Translations under genes and position numbers: made by a program
Notes under the pieces: generated by a model
What the model saw: the letters and a program-made list of their open reading frames with translations, nothing else
Told to the model about the DNA's origin: nothing
Databases searched by the model: none
NCBI RefSeq assembly: GCF_006345805.1
Contig: NC_043005.1
Location: forward strand, 97,030,001 to 97,094,000
Reading direction: 5' to 3'
Origin: Octopus sinensis
Taxonomy: Eukaryota
DNA length: 64,000 bases
Shown here: piece after piece, positions 52,183 to 64,000 of the stretch
Position numbering within the stretch: the stretch's first letter is position 1
How the letters are laid out: each line of letters opens with the position of its first letter

Positions 52183-52532
52183 GAATGCGCCTGGCTTAGT
52201 GGTTAGCGTGTTCGGCGCACGATTGTTAGGTCGTGAGATTCAATTCTCACCGACGCGTTGCGTCCTTCAGTAAGATACTTTATTTCACGTGGAAAAAATG
52301 AGTAGTATCTGCATATCAAAGGGTGAGCCTTGTCACATTCTGTGTCACGCTGAATCTCCCTGAGAACAACGTTAAGGGTACACGTGTTTGTGAAGTGCTC
52401 AGCCACTTGCACGTTAATTCCACGAGCAGGCTGCTCCGGTGATCAGATCAACTGGAATCCTCGTCGTCATAACCAACGGAGTGCCAGTGTCAACTGGAAC
52501 CCTTGTCGTCGAAACCGTCGGAGTGCCAGTGT
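52183..52532 (+). mobile_element. SINE family C-like with a duplicated 3' terminus
   Basis: Head ggcttagtggttagcgtgttcggc...gattcaattc; tail caactggaa.cct.gtcgtc..aacc..cggagtgccagtgt present twice (42-bp unit). Confidence 0.8.
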
Positions 52533-52539
52533 ATATGTA

Positions 52540-53133
52540 TACATATTCCTCGTGCCCGGATACGCCGTGAAAGTGCGGTACGCCCCAAGAAGCTATGTAA
52601 ACCAATCCTTGATTCTGCTGGGTTTTTCTCCCTGCCTACGCTTGGTAGTTTTAAAGGGAGAGTCAGACTGCGCATTCAGTTCCCTGTCTTTAGGCTTGGA
52701 AGTCTGATCACAGTGACTCGGCGGTCTAAGACGGCTATGGTGACCAGAAAGCTGTCAGTTTTTGCATTGGAATGGCCTTATGCTAGATGAATTGCCTTGC
52801 AAGGCTGAAGAGTTTCACCTACTCTGGAGTTGTTGGAAGGGTGCCAAAGGGGGCATCGGACCACTTGAAAGAATCCACTACCTGATTTACTATCAAGGTT
52901 GAGTTCCCCAGCCATTTCCTTTCCAAAGGCACTCAAAGGGCAGTAAGGGTTTGTGCTTGGAATTTCTTACATAATATGCTACTTACCCATAGCTGGAATC
53001 CTGATGGGTGCTATTCCGGGTCAAAGTAGACCTGAGAACGACAGTGGCTAAAAGGTGGTCCCACACCCCTCAGAACCCTGGAACTCCAATCACCGGAAAC
53101 AGTTTAAGGCCATAACCAGGACATCTGTATATG
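52540..53133 (+). mobile_element. ~600-bp (CA)n-tailed non-coding retroelement (family F), long copy
   Basis: The 3' 255 bp match 45549-45803 and end ccaggacatctgtatatgt plus (AC)n. No ORF homology recognised. Confidence 0.7.
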
Positions 53134-53182
53134 TACACACACACACACACACACACACACGCACGCACACACACACACACAC

Positions 53183-53228
<46 letters not shown>

Positions 53229-53843
53229 ACAAACACACACACACACACATATTCTTCACTCTGAACAAATAACTGTTCTAAATATAATAGTCATAATACA
53301 GGTTTCCCTCAAAAAAATCTGGTCCTTCGGGAAGAAACTCAGAAAAGAGAATATGAAAAAAACCCCCAAAACATCAATAGCTGTTTCAAGGTTATACCAC
53401 TTGTCTAGGACTTACTTTGTTCTCCTCAAAAATACAAATGCTACACTGAACCTCAATGTGATTAAAAGTTACAACGCAATTAAATACTATTTGATATTGT
53501 ATTCGACTTTCTCGGATCCTTGTAATTTTAAAGGGCTATTGATAATAGTTCTTTCTACTTTTGGAACAAGGCCATCAATTTTTCGTGTGTGAGAAGATTA
53601 GCCGATTATATCAACCCTAGTACTTGAGAAGTACTTAATGTTATCGACCTTGAAAAGGTGAAAAGCAAAACTGACCTCGACGGAATTTGGACTCAGAACT
53701 TAAAGAGCTAGAAGAAATGCCACTAGGAATTTTCTCCGACATTTTAACAATTCTACAATGCTTGCCTATGTGCATTTCTAACAACAAACACAACCAAATA
53801 TGTATACATATGCATTGCATACGTACATATGTCTGTATATATA

Positions 53844-55089
53844 CAGGGTGTCCCAAAAAAATGTATGCACACTTTAAACAATTGTAAAGTAGTTGTTTAT
53901 TAAAAGACACTTCATTTTCAAAATTTAATAGAATCTACAGACATTATTTTATTGTTTTGTCAATGCCTGTTTTCAAACTGATGTCCGGTCTGGTCCAGGC
54001 ACTGCTGACAACGCAAAGGAATGGAATCACAAATATCACAAAAGAATTTGTTTGGTATTTGTGTGCACTCTCGTCCGATGGCTGCTCTCAAATCAGCGAC
54101 TTGTAGATTTCATAGCGTAGAATTTGTCTTTAAGTTATCCCCATAAAAAAGTCTAGTGGTGTGAGGTCTGGTGAATTCAACCATACCTCTTCATCCAATT
54201 CACCTGTTTAGCAAGATCTCATCAAGGAAGGATCTAACATAGCAATGGTAATGTGGGGGTGCCCCATCTTGCTGAAAATAAAACTCCTCATCTTCAAAGT
54301 CTTCTCTAATGCTTGGCATAACAGACTGTTGCAACAAGTTCAAGTAAACGGGACCAGTCACAGTAGCATAACAAAAGAATGGTCCAATTAATCCTCTTGA
54401 TGATAAACCACACCACACAAATATCAAATTAACATGGTGTTTCACCATAACATGCAGATTCTCAGGACCCCAGTAGGTGCAATTGTGGCAGTTAATTGAA
54501 CCATTTAATTTGAATGTGGCTTCATCACTCCACACAATCTTTGTTGGAAAGTGTGCAGCTTCTACACATCGTTCCAAGTACCACTCGCAATGCTGCACTC
54601 TTTCGTCTGGATCATCATCATTAATAGCATGGACTAATCTTGGAATGTAACTTTTCCATTGACAATGCTTCAAAATGCATTGGACAGATGATTTTGGAAT
54701 ACCTACCTCATGACTCGCTTTGCCGCACAGATTTTCTTGGACTTTGGTGATTCATTTCCAGTACTCCTTGCTTTGTTGGGGTTGTTGATGTTCGGGATCT
54801 TCTGGAATGCTTATCGTGGACATTCTGAACAGTTCCATCAGCTTCAAACTTATCTCTAATTCAAGTGATAGGGAGTTGCATTGGTGGATCTGTTTGAAAC
54901 TCCCTCCCTAACTGTTTTTGCACTTCAACTGCATTTTCACACTTCCAGTATCATTTTAGAATGGATTTTCTTCGTTCAAAGCTTAATCTGACTGCCATCA
55001 TTAAATCCTATAGGTTTCATCTGGAAAGAAAACATATCACTTGAGTTATCAGCTGCTAAAGTGTGTATGCATTTTTTTGGGACACCCTG
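53844..55089 (-). mobile_element. full-length Tc1/mariner DNA transposon, DD41D (rosa/Visitor)-type, inactivated
   Basis: ~33-bp TIRs cagggtgtcccaaaaaaatg(t/c)at(g/a)cacacttta with TA flanks, enclosing a transposase relic. Confidence 0.92.
53960..55001 (-). pseudogene. DD41D-type transposase pseudogene
   Basis: MAVRLS...IRDKFEADGTV...[11 protein letters not shown]...[15 protein letters not shown]...FQQDGAPPH...PDLTPLDF. D-to-D spacing is 41 if a deleted PPRS is restored (my reconstruction). Stops and frameshifts present. Confidence 0.85.
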
Positions 55090-55121
<32 letters not shown>

Positions 55122-55127
55122 ATATAT

Positions 55128-55461
55128 ATAAAGTGATCGTTTGTTGCCAACTTAATGTGGCAGTTTCAGGAAAGGGAAGGATGCTACTGCTATTTAGCCC
55201 CAGGAAACACCGTCTCCAGTTGGCTATATGACACAAGCGCACTGTGTCCTTATGTTTTCAAATAGAAGAGATAAGCACCTCCACCCAGCTAAGCCGGAAT
55301 CCAGTGACTAGTTTCTGAGTCATTGCTCTTCATCAGTCTGGGGTAGCTTGGCTAGTTAGCTGTCGATGCTTGTTTCGGTGTTTCCAGGGGGTTAAATAGC
55401 AGTAGCATTTCTCCTTTTCCTGGAAGTGCCACATTAAGGTGGCAACAAACGATCACTTTAT
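55128..55461. repeat. fold-back element with ~85-bp inverted arms enclosing a hammerhead-like motif
   Basis: 55128-55212 is the reverse complement of 55376-55461 with a few mismatches. Confidence 0.85.
55301..55341 (-). ncRNA. minimal type I hammerhead ribozyme-like motif
   Basis: Minus strand ccaga-CUGAUGA-a-gag-caauga-cuc-a-GAAAC-ua-GUC-acugg, with palindromic stem III (ACUAGU) as in Penelope-associated hammerheads. Confidence 0.6.
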
Positions 55462-56199
55462 CATGCTGCTACTGTATAAGTCTCTCTGAGAGATTTAGAA
55501 ATGCAATATTTCTAATTATATAACTATCTTTATGAATACGAATTGATATACAAAAGCACAGATATAATATTTTAGTTTGTTAGGTGGTCTGAATAAATTT
55601 CTCCAAAATAAACTCCCTCCCTCCATCAAATCGACATTATCTGCACAGGTGCACCACGTGCCACATGTCAGATGATGTAATGATCGCAGGGCAACGTGAA
55701 ACGAAGTGTTTTGCTTGGGAATACACACACATACATATATATATACATATGTACGATGGGCTTCTTTCAGTTTCCACCTACCAAATCCACTCATTTGGCT
55801 TTGGTCGGCCCGAAGCTACAGTAGAAGACACTTGCCCATGGTGCCACACTGTAGGATGCAACCCTGAACCATGTGTTTGGGAAGCAAGCTTATTTATATA
55901 TCTTATATATTTGTCTTTGTAACCTGCGTTCTCATTTTCCGTCCAAAACAGCCTCCAAAGGTGCAGACGCCGATGTTCTAAGTTTTGATAACATGGCTAA
56001 AAAGTTTCTCCAGGTTTTATCCTCTGACCATCGTCACCAACTTTCATGACTGTGTCGCTTGTTTTTCGGGCCACCAACAGGCGAATCCCTAAAGACGCCA
56101 TATCGACTATTAGAAATTTCGTTACTTTGACTTCAATAAGCAAAACTTTGGAAAACGAAAATTCTAAATCATTTTGTGTAACAATTCTACTAATTGCCT

Positions 56200-56325
<126 letters not shown>

Positions 56326-56954
56326 CTCTTTCTCTCTCGCCCTCCCTCGCTCTCTCTCACCCTCTCTGCCTGTCTGTTTGTCTGTCTACGTGTGTGCGTG
56401 TAAATGCATGTACGTGTATGTATGTGTGTGAGTGTGTGTATGTATTTGTGTATACATATTTATATATATGCATATATGTATGTATGTGTATACGTGGGGG
56501 TGGAGGATGTGTGTATGCGTCTGTCTTTCTACATTAATATGACTATAATAGTGTCCAAATAGATATGTTGTTTTTGGAATGGTATTCACGATACACTACT
56601 AGATTGTAGTTGTTGGTGATTGTAGAAGGAAGCCGGCTTGAAAAAAAGGAAACTGGTTTGTTTGATTTCACGGCAGGGTGGCTCAGCCTATATTTCTATT
56701 GCACTTTCAGGTCATTGTGACCGGGTAGGGAATATATCAACTCTCCGAAAAGAAAGCAACTGAAGAATTGGGGATGGGGTAGAATGAGAAAATATCTTAA
56801 CTAGGATCTTCGACAAATAAATTATTTCAAACGAGAAACAGTAAGAATTTTTGTTGTTTCTGTTGTTTTTTGATTTTAGTCACAGGTAAAATCAGATTAA
56901 GCAAACTTATGATCGAAGATATTTCATTCTTGACCATCTCGATTTTAGTTTTCA

Positions 56955-57187
56955 GATGTAATGAATGGAACATGAGGAAATATGGTGACATTGTAAAAGA
57001 GCTGACAAAAGTGGGACGTCGTTGCATAGTAGAAGTAGTGGAGGTTGGAGCATGTTAGTCTGTAGCAACCTCCATGTACCTACAAGGTCAGCTCAGAATC
57101 AAAGGTCGCCAAAAACACCGACTATGAAACGTTTGTCAGAAGAATTCAATGAAGCTACGGGCAAAGAGAAGCGATAGCTGGATGTGA
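56955..57187 (+). mobile_element. degenerate HERO-like RLE endonuclease C-terminus
   Basis: NEWNMRKYGDIVKELTKVGRRCIVEVVEVGAC*SVATSMY...QLRIKGRQ...MKRLSE parallels the KY..L...G......EVG.RG motif seen at 42.8 kb. Confidence 0.55.
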
Positions 57188-58127
57188 AGAAGAATATTGC
57201 AAGCCGCTAAACGACAGAAGCTTGGAGTGAAATAAATCCACAGGGCATGCCAGTTCTGAAACTCTGAGAGATTCAATTGCAGTGAGCATGTATTTGGACA
57301 GAACAGATAAGAGGTGTGGTGAAAGAATAATTGTTCACTCCATTCGTTTACAGCTGTTTCGTTATCATCTTGACAATATAAGTATTACATCATCATTCTC
57401 ACATATATACCAAATCAGATATGCAATCTTATGTGGGTGTCTTTTTCTTTTCACTATATTGTCTGGTTTAAAAAGCCACATCAGTCGCCATGATGGATCT
57501 AAGGTGTAAGTACAAGAGGTGGTCAGACACTACACAAGGCGTAGACAACCACCATGTGTGTGTGTGTGTGTGTGTACTCATGGGTGTGTACATCCACATA
57601 CAAGGTGAAATTTACACCACAGTTCAGAAAATCAGATCACCCGAAGATACCGCGTACGATCCCTATAAAAAGTAACATTTCAAAATCAGCAGGTTGACAC
57701 CCTGGAGTCATGACCTAGGTGGGTCCAGCTTTCTTAGAGTGCTTGCCCTTTAGCGAGTTTCCACTTACTATTCTAGGATTACATTATCCAATGTGTACGC
57801 ATTTCTTGTTTGTTTCGTGAGGCAACCGGGTATGCAGAGAGAGAGACTTGGCTGCAACTTCTAGCAGATTCAATGAGCATGTAGATGTTTCCTTATTACT
57901 GAGATAGCCCCCACTCAAAAGAACCCTGGTATATTGATGGTATTTCAAAAATTTCATTTACAGTGTGATGAAAGACAAAGTAGAAGGGACATGTTAAAAT
58001 ACTGTATAATATTTAGACGACTAAGTAACCTTAAGATAGAAAGAAGCCCCTGACTGATGTATTGATTCTTGCAGACGACAATATATCTTTACAAGGAATG
58101 CTCTAAATAAACGATCCAAATAATCTC

Positions 58128-58294
58128 AGGTGTGGCAGTGTGGTTAAGAAGTTTGCTTTCCAGCCATGTGGCCCTGGGTTCAGTCCTACTCTATGATACT
58201 TTGGACAAGTGTCTTCTACTATCGTCTTGGGCCGACCAAAGTCTTATGAGTGGATTTGAGAAGCCCGCCATACATTCATGCAAGCATACACACT

Positions 58295-58340
<46 letters not shown>

Positions 58341-58410
58341 ATATATAATATATATATACAAGTGTGTATGTTTACATGAATGTATGGCGGGCTTCTCAAA
58401 TCCACTCATA
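58128..58410 (+). mobile_element. SINE family B head ending in a (TA)n-centred inverted duplication
   Basis: ggtgtggcagtgtggttaagaagtttgc...; arms at 58245-58296 and 58359-58410. Confidence 0.8.
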
Positions 58411-58429
58411 TATATATATATATATATAT

Positions 58430-58530
58430 CACCGTGATCACCGTGACCGACCAGGCTATTAGATGTTGCCACGCATCACTGGTCACAATGCGCTTCGCGT
58501 TGTTTTAGCCTTCAAATGACGCCACCCTGC
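58430..58530 (-). mobile_element. SINE family C TA-tailed module
   Basis: Reverse complement of 21127-21247. Confidence 0.8.
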
Positions 58531-58609
<79 letters not shown>

Positions 58610-58864
58610 CGTGTATGTGTGTGTGTGCGTGTGTGTGTGCACGCGCGCGTGTGTGTTGTGTTTGTTAACCACCATTGCTTGACCGGTGATGGTTTGCTTA
58701 CGTCCTTGTAACTTAGTGGTTCAGCTAAAGACACCGATAGAATAAGTACAAGATAAAATACAATAAGTACTGGAGTCGATTTTCTTTTCGAGTATACTAT
58801 TAAAGCTGGTGCCCCAGCAAAGCCGCAGTCCAATGACTGGAACAAGTAAAGGATAGAAGACGAA

Positions 58865-59062
58865 TCAAAATATCTGGAAATAGAGGTAACCAGAATAGGG
58901 AAACTGAAGAGATTAACAAACCTCGTAATTGTAGGCACATTGGGAATGAAAAAATACGATGCAAAGAATTATAGAACTAAAAACTAGGCCTTACGCATCA
59001 ACAGAGCATAATTGAAAATAGCTTTACTGGGTATTGAACGTACGCATAACGTATTTTGCTCT
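58865..59062 (+). mobile_element. R4/Dong-clade RLE endonuclease C-terminal fragment
   Basis: SKYLEIEVTRIGKL...VIVGTLGM...KIALLG resembles the KY.DL.IE..RMW...P..VGALG...QK.ALLGTA.ILR motif. Confidence 0.7.
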
Positions 59063-60076
59063 CGCTTGGTCTCGGTGATGTGTATTCAGATGTTCTACCA
59101 TTTGAATTCTTGTCGATTCTTGTCAACATGCATGTGACTGAGTATTCCGTAGCGCAAATCTGACGGGAGTCAGCGACGAGGCTGGACCTTCGAATTGCCG
59201 GTACAATCAAAAGAATGGGCGAGAGAGAGAGAGAGAGAGAGAGGGGGGGAGGAGCGAATCGATTCTAGTATTAGACTTGGACTCTATTTATCGATACGGT
59301 AAGGATAAAAGGCGAAAGCGATCTTGGTGGGATTTGAACAAATACTGCAAGGTATTTATTTGCTACTCTATTATTACAATTGAAAAAAAGATGCTTCTTA
59401 TACCAAAGAGACACAGAATTGCGCCTGAGCGTGCAGTGAAAGCACATTATAAAAATAAGACTACTGAGATGATTATCAGACTGTCGTTCGATGTGGAGGG
59501 TTTAGTTTTTCGACCAGCTTCATTACCTGCTCCTGAATTAATGTGTAAATGGCCGAGTTTTGCACTGCGATGTGCAAGCTTAAGTTAATTCACAAGCAGA
59601 ACCAGTGTGACACACTTTATGACAAGGCTGTATTGTTTATAACACTGGTACAATCTAAGCGACGGATTTGGATAATTTCCTTCTATCCAGTTTCACTCGC
59701 AAGGCATAGATCGACTTTAAGAAAATCACATTTACCCAAGATGTTACGAAGTGGAGTCGACCACAGGATCTTATCTTTTCGGAGCGAACTTCTGAGTCGT
59801 TTACTCGAAACAGAAAACAACACAGCATTAAAGCCATAGAAATCTTATTTTTTACATCTCTAACTAAAAGAGAAGGATGAAGTGTTGCTGAAGTATGTAC
59901 ACAAAATAACACATAGATAACTGTCAGAATGTACGAGAAAGAAATATGCACAAGAGAAATGCTGAAACATATGTAAAAGACATGGGCAAGGATATATAAA
60001 TTTAAATTGGAATATGGAAGGTTACATAGTTATTTCCAATATTCCCCTAGGAATAACTGTATGAAGAACAAATATT

Positions 60077-60177
<101 letters not shown>

Positions 60178-61059
60178 ACTTCAGTAAATCCTTCACAACA
60201 CTATTGAAAATGACGGCCATAAATAGTATCAATACTTCCATTATTCAATTGCTTCGACAATAAAAGATCACGCTGATATGCTGCAAGCAATGAAAATACT
60301 TATCGTCATTCACAGATGTGTGGAAACTTGTATTCATACAGAGTTACTGGAAACATTAAAATGCATGGAATCTATAGAACAGTTGGAACAACACGTACAA
60401 GCAAATGGGAGAAACTTTAGAAGATATGGAAAAGCGAGAAGAAAATTGATTGACATGTAACATTTTGTTGAGAGAAAAGAATATTTTGCTGAGAAAGAAA
60501 CAACAACTAGGCTCAGAGAAATAGTCAGGTTTCATATAGGAAACTAATTGATTCCTGGATACATGTATGAATGGCTGTAGTCTTAAGAAGCTCGCTTTGC
60601 AACGAAGGGGTTTCAGGTTCAGTCCTACCAAACACTCGTGTATGAATTTAGTAGACAGAAACTATGTGGATGCCCATCGTGTATATATATGTGTATATAT
60701 ATGTATATATATATTATATATATATATATATATTATATAAATTAGAGATAAAACCACTATTATGAAATTCAAATAGTGATAGACATAAATATATTTATAT
60801 TACGTATTATATTATGTATTGATCATTGTCTTGTACTCTGTTTTTTCGTTGTTTCCTTGTTTGTTTTTACGTTTACGTTTCTCGTTGAGTTCTACGTCTA
60901 TTTGTGGTGTCCTGTACTCACGTATATATATTTATATATGCATGTATATATACATGTAGATGTAGGTACGTACATATATGTATGTATGTATGCATATATT
61001 TTATTTATTAAATTATTGTATGACTGAGCGCCCTCGCGTCGTTTCGTTTCCTCCAAGTA

Positions 61060-61095
<36 letters not shown>

Positions 61096-61289
61096 AAAAT
61101 GTGTTGCTGAAAATGCACTTAAATTTCAAAAACTCGTGAATGTTTAAAATACATTTATTTACAAACTAGTTTCAACAATATTTTTTGTTTATCAATGGTA
61201 AAAGTGTAAAAACATCGTTATAAGTTTCAATGTGGACAAATCAAAATTAAATTAATTTATTTCAATATTTTTTGTTTTGCTTCAGCACC

Positions 61290-61483
61290 ACCAGCTCAAA
61301 TATTTTTTCCTCTGTCTACCCTTCTTGGGATCTTTCCTTCTCCTTGTTTCCGACGAAGAGCTCCGCTCGAAACGTTAAACCCTCCTTCCCTTCTTTCCTG
61401 AGCGTCAATAATACTTTAATTGTTCCACGTCCTGCGTTGCTGTGTTTTTTTCTCTTTTTTTCTCTGTGTTTTCTTGTTTGGAT

Positions 61484-61485
<2 letters not shown>
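61290..61485 (+). mobile_element. Penelope pLTR-like fragment carrying a minimal hammerhead motif (61346-61380)
   Basis: guuu-CCGACGA-a-gagc-ucc-gcuc-GAAAC-GUU-aaac; a related minus-strand motif lies at 35470-35498. Confidence 0.6.
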
Positions 61486-61514
<29 letters not shown>

Positions 61515-61580
61515 CTATATATTATATATATCTATATATATATATATATATATATATAACAAATACGTAACACTCACACC

Positions 61581-61774
61581 CAGTACTAAGAGTCCCCTGG
61601 TAGTAGCAGATATGATTTTATCCAATTTACGGCCATCATTCGTCAGCTGTTGTGTCAATTACGGAGAAGAAAAAACACTTTCTTCTATAGCACACACAAA
61701 CATAACAGCTGATTAACGATGGCTGTAACTTGGGTAAAATTATATTCGATGCTGCCGGGATATTCTGAGTACTG
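61581..61774. repeat. MITE-like hairpin with ~75-bp inverted arms
   Basis: cagtact...cagctgttgtgt (61581-61655) pairs with acataacagctg...agtactg (61700-61774). Confidence 0.75.
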
Positions 61775-61873
61775 TATATGTGTGTTCCATGCTTGTATTA
61801 TATATGAAAAATACTCTATGTAAACGATATCAACGATATTCTGGCTTATTTTTTGTTACGCACGTCGTTTATC

Positions 61874-61915
<42 letters not shown>

Positions 61916-61917
61916 AT

Positions 61918-61951
<34 letters not shown>

Positions 61952-61977
61952 ATATTATTATATATAATATATATATA

Positions 61978-62039
<62 letters not shown>

Positions 62040-62658
62040 AATATATATGTAATTTATACACACACACACACATACACACACATATATATATATATGTATG
62101 TATGTATATTTACATATTCACGAGGGGTGCTGAAGAAATACTATTTTATGAGGGCGCGGGTTGGACAACTTATAGATATAGATTGGGTGATTATAGGTAA
62201 ATTCGCTGACATGTCTAAATATGATGAAATCTAGAAGACGATATCTAGAAGTGTGTAACGATAAATGATGACGGAATCTGACGGGATATTATGAAATGCT
62301 TCAGGATATATCAACATATTACGATATATGTTGAGTTACGACAGACTACAGCATCATATGATGAAGCACAGTGAATTACTGCAAACTGTAACGGACTGTA
62401 GCGGAAAGACACAGCTGTATGTGGCGGAAGTTTCATGATACCGTGGAACATAGCCCCATACAGATAGTTTCATTAAAACTGCCGGTGGTGGAGTGGGTGT
62501 AGGTGTGGGTGGGTGGGGGTAACTTTTGGAGTTATGTATATAACGTCGCTACTCCCAGAAAGGATCTGTTTTGAATTACAATAATATTTAGAATTACTTT
62601 ATAAACCACACGCTGCTGGAACGAAATGTTTTTAGAGGACAAAATAAAAAAAATACCA

Positions 62659-62703
<45 letters not shown>

Positions 62704-63842
62704 TAATAATAATAATAATAATGATTGTAGTAATAATAGTAATCCTAATAACTAAAGTAAATATACTTTCGCTATTTCCGTCCGTTAGTCTATTTCTTAA
62801 GAGAAAAGCCAGAATTAAAGTAACAATTTGAAGAGAAAAAAAGTAACTCCAAAAAATCAAAACAAACAAAAAACTGAAGTGTAAATGAGAGTAAAGACGA
62901 AAATATTGTAAAGAGAGAAAATTGAGAAGAAAATGAGAGAAACCGAGAAAGAGAGAGAAAGAGAGGGGGAGCAGAGTGATAGTAAGAGAGTAAGGGAGAG
63001 AGAATAAAATAGAAAAATAATAATATATATAATAAATAAATGAAGGTGTTCCGTTGTTTGCCATCTGCAGCCATACAGTTTGAGGCTAACCATAAACGGA
63101 GAAGATGGTTGATTGTCAACAGTCTGATTTAGCGTGTTAGTTAAAGGTGTTAGTGCCAGACAGAAAAAAAAAGAGGAATTTCTGCTGGAATATTTTACTT
63201 CTGATAAGGATTGGTAGTTTCTTTTTTTTACTTACAGCTCGTCACCCTCATTTTGTTTTGATCTATAGAACTATTTTCCAGTGTTTGATGCGACATGCCT
63301 ATTATCGGTGCTACCTGACTCATGCCAAATAAATCGATGAGTGAAAAGCGTTATTAAAAGCCTTCGAGTAATCAATGCCATGCTATGCCCAGATCGGTGA
63401 TTCTTCTGCGGTTTTCAGCAACAGCTTTTATTGATCAGCGACTGAGCTATGGATCGATATTACTCTTTGAGTCATTCTCTGTCTTTTTGTTTTTCAGAAG
63501 TGTTATTTTTTCCCCGTTGCGATAAGATTGAGCTAAAGGATTTCCAGAGGACGAGGTAGCTTATGAAGTTTTTGGAGAATTGATATTTCTCTAGTCTTTG
63601 ATATTAAGATGTTTAGCGCCAGGTAGGTCCTAACTGATGATGTCTATATGATAGGTGTTCCAACCGCGACTATTCCGTTTTTTAAAAAATTTCAAACACT
63701 ATCTAGAACATTATCAAGAAAGTTTCCTCTGTTTTCTAAAGACTGTACGCTGTAATTTGAGAGAGATTTACTTGGTATTTCTAGCAACCATTAAAGGTTG
63801 TCCTGTTGGCATATTTAAAAAAAAATATTAATTCTGATGCTT

Positions 63843-63960
63843 AAGGTGGTGAGATGGCAGAATCGTTTGTACGCCGGGTAAAATGCTTAACGGCATTTCG
63901 CCGAGGTCGACTTTGCCTTATATCCTTTCAGGGTTAATGAAATAAGTACCAGTTGCGCAC
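63843..63960 (+). mobile_element. SINE family A, internally deleted
   Basis: aaggtggtgagatggcagaatcgtt...gccgaggtcgactttgcc...aagtaccagttgcgcact. Confidence 0.8.
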
Positions 63961-64000
63961 TCGGCTATTCTTTCCATTCAAGGGATTTTTAATTCAATAT

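Noticed and set aside
60200-60520. Coding-like stretch (MLQAMKILIVIHRCVETCIH...) as a host exon
   Set aside because: No recognisable domain or clear splice sites; cannot be supported without a search

Overview
AT-rich eukaryotic non-coding DNA (intergenic or inside a very large intron), saturated with (TA)n, (CA)n, (TATC)n, (AAT)n, (CAT)n and (CAA)n microsatellites and decayed transposable elements. The SINE families and microsatellite load look like an octopod cephalopod genome (from recall, not searched). I found no credible host protein-coding exon, and almost all listed ORFs are microsatellite read-throughs. Recognisable coding relics: an RTE LINE with an inverted 5' segment (16.6-17.9 kb), three Penelope-like fragments, a CR1-group LINE, an I-group LINE 3' end, three HERO-like fragments, one R4/Dong-like endonuclease fragment, and a full-length but dead DD41D-type Tc1/mariner transposon (53,844-55,089). 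There are also non-autonomous Helitrons, MITEs and many tRNA-derived SINEs. The most unusual items are: (i) a near-complete 5.8S rRNA copy fused in-sense directly behind a SINE head; (ii) a ~550-bp fixed-end non-coding element found only beside (AAT)n-type tracts, where it builds tandem arrays; (iii) several minimal hammerhead-ribozyme-like motifs, one inside a ~330-bp fold-back; (iv) one SINE head carrying four different 3' tails; (v) fold-back structures, one with a strand-biased excess of G-U pairs. All family assignments come from manual translation and motif recognition, and boundaries are approximate.
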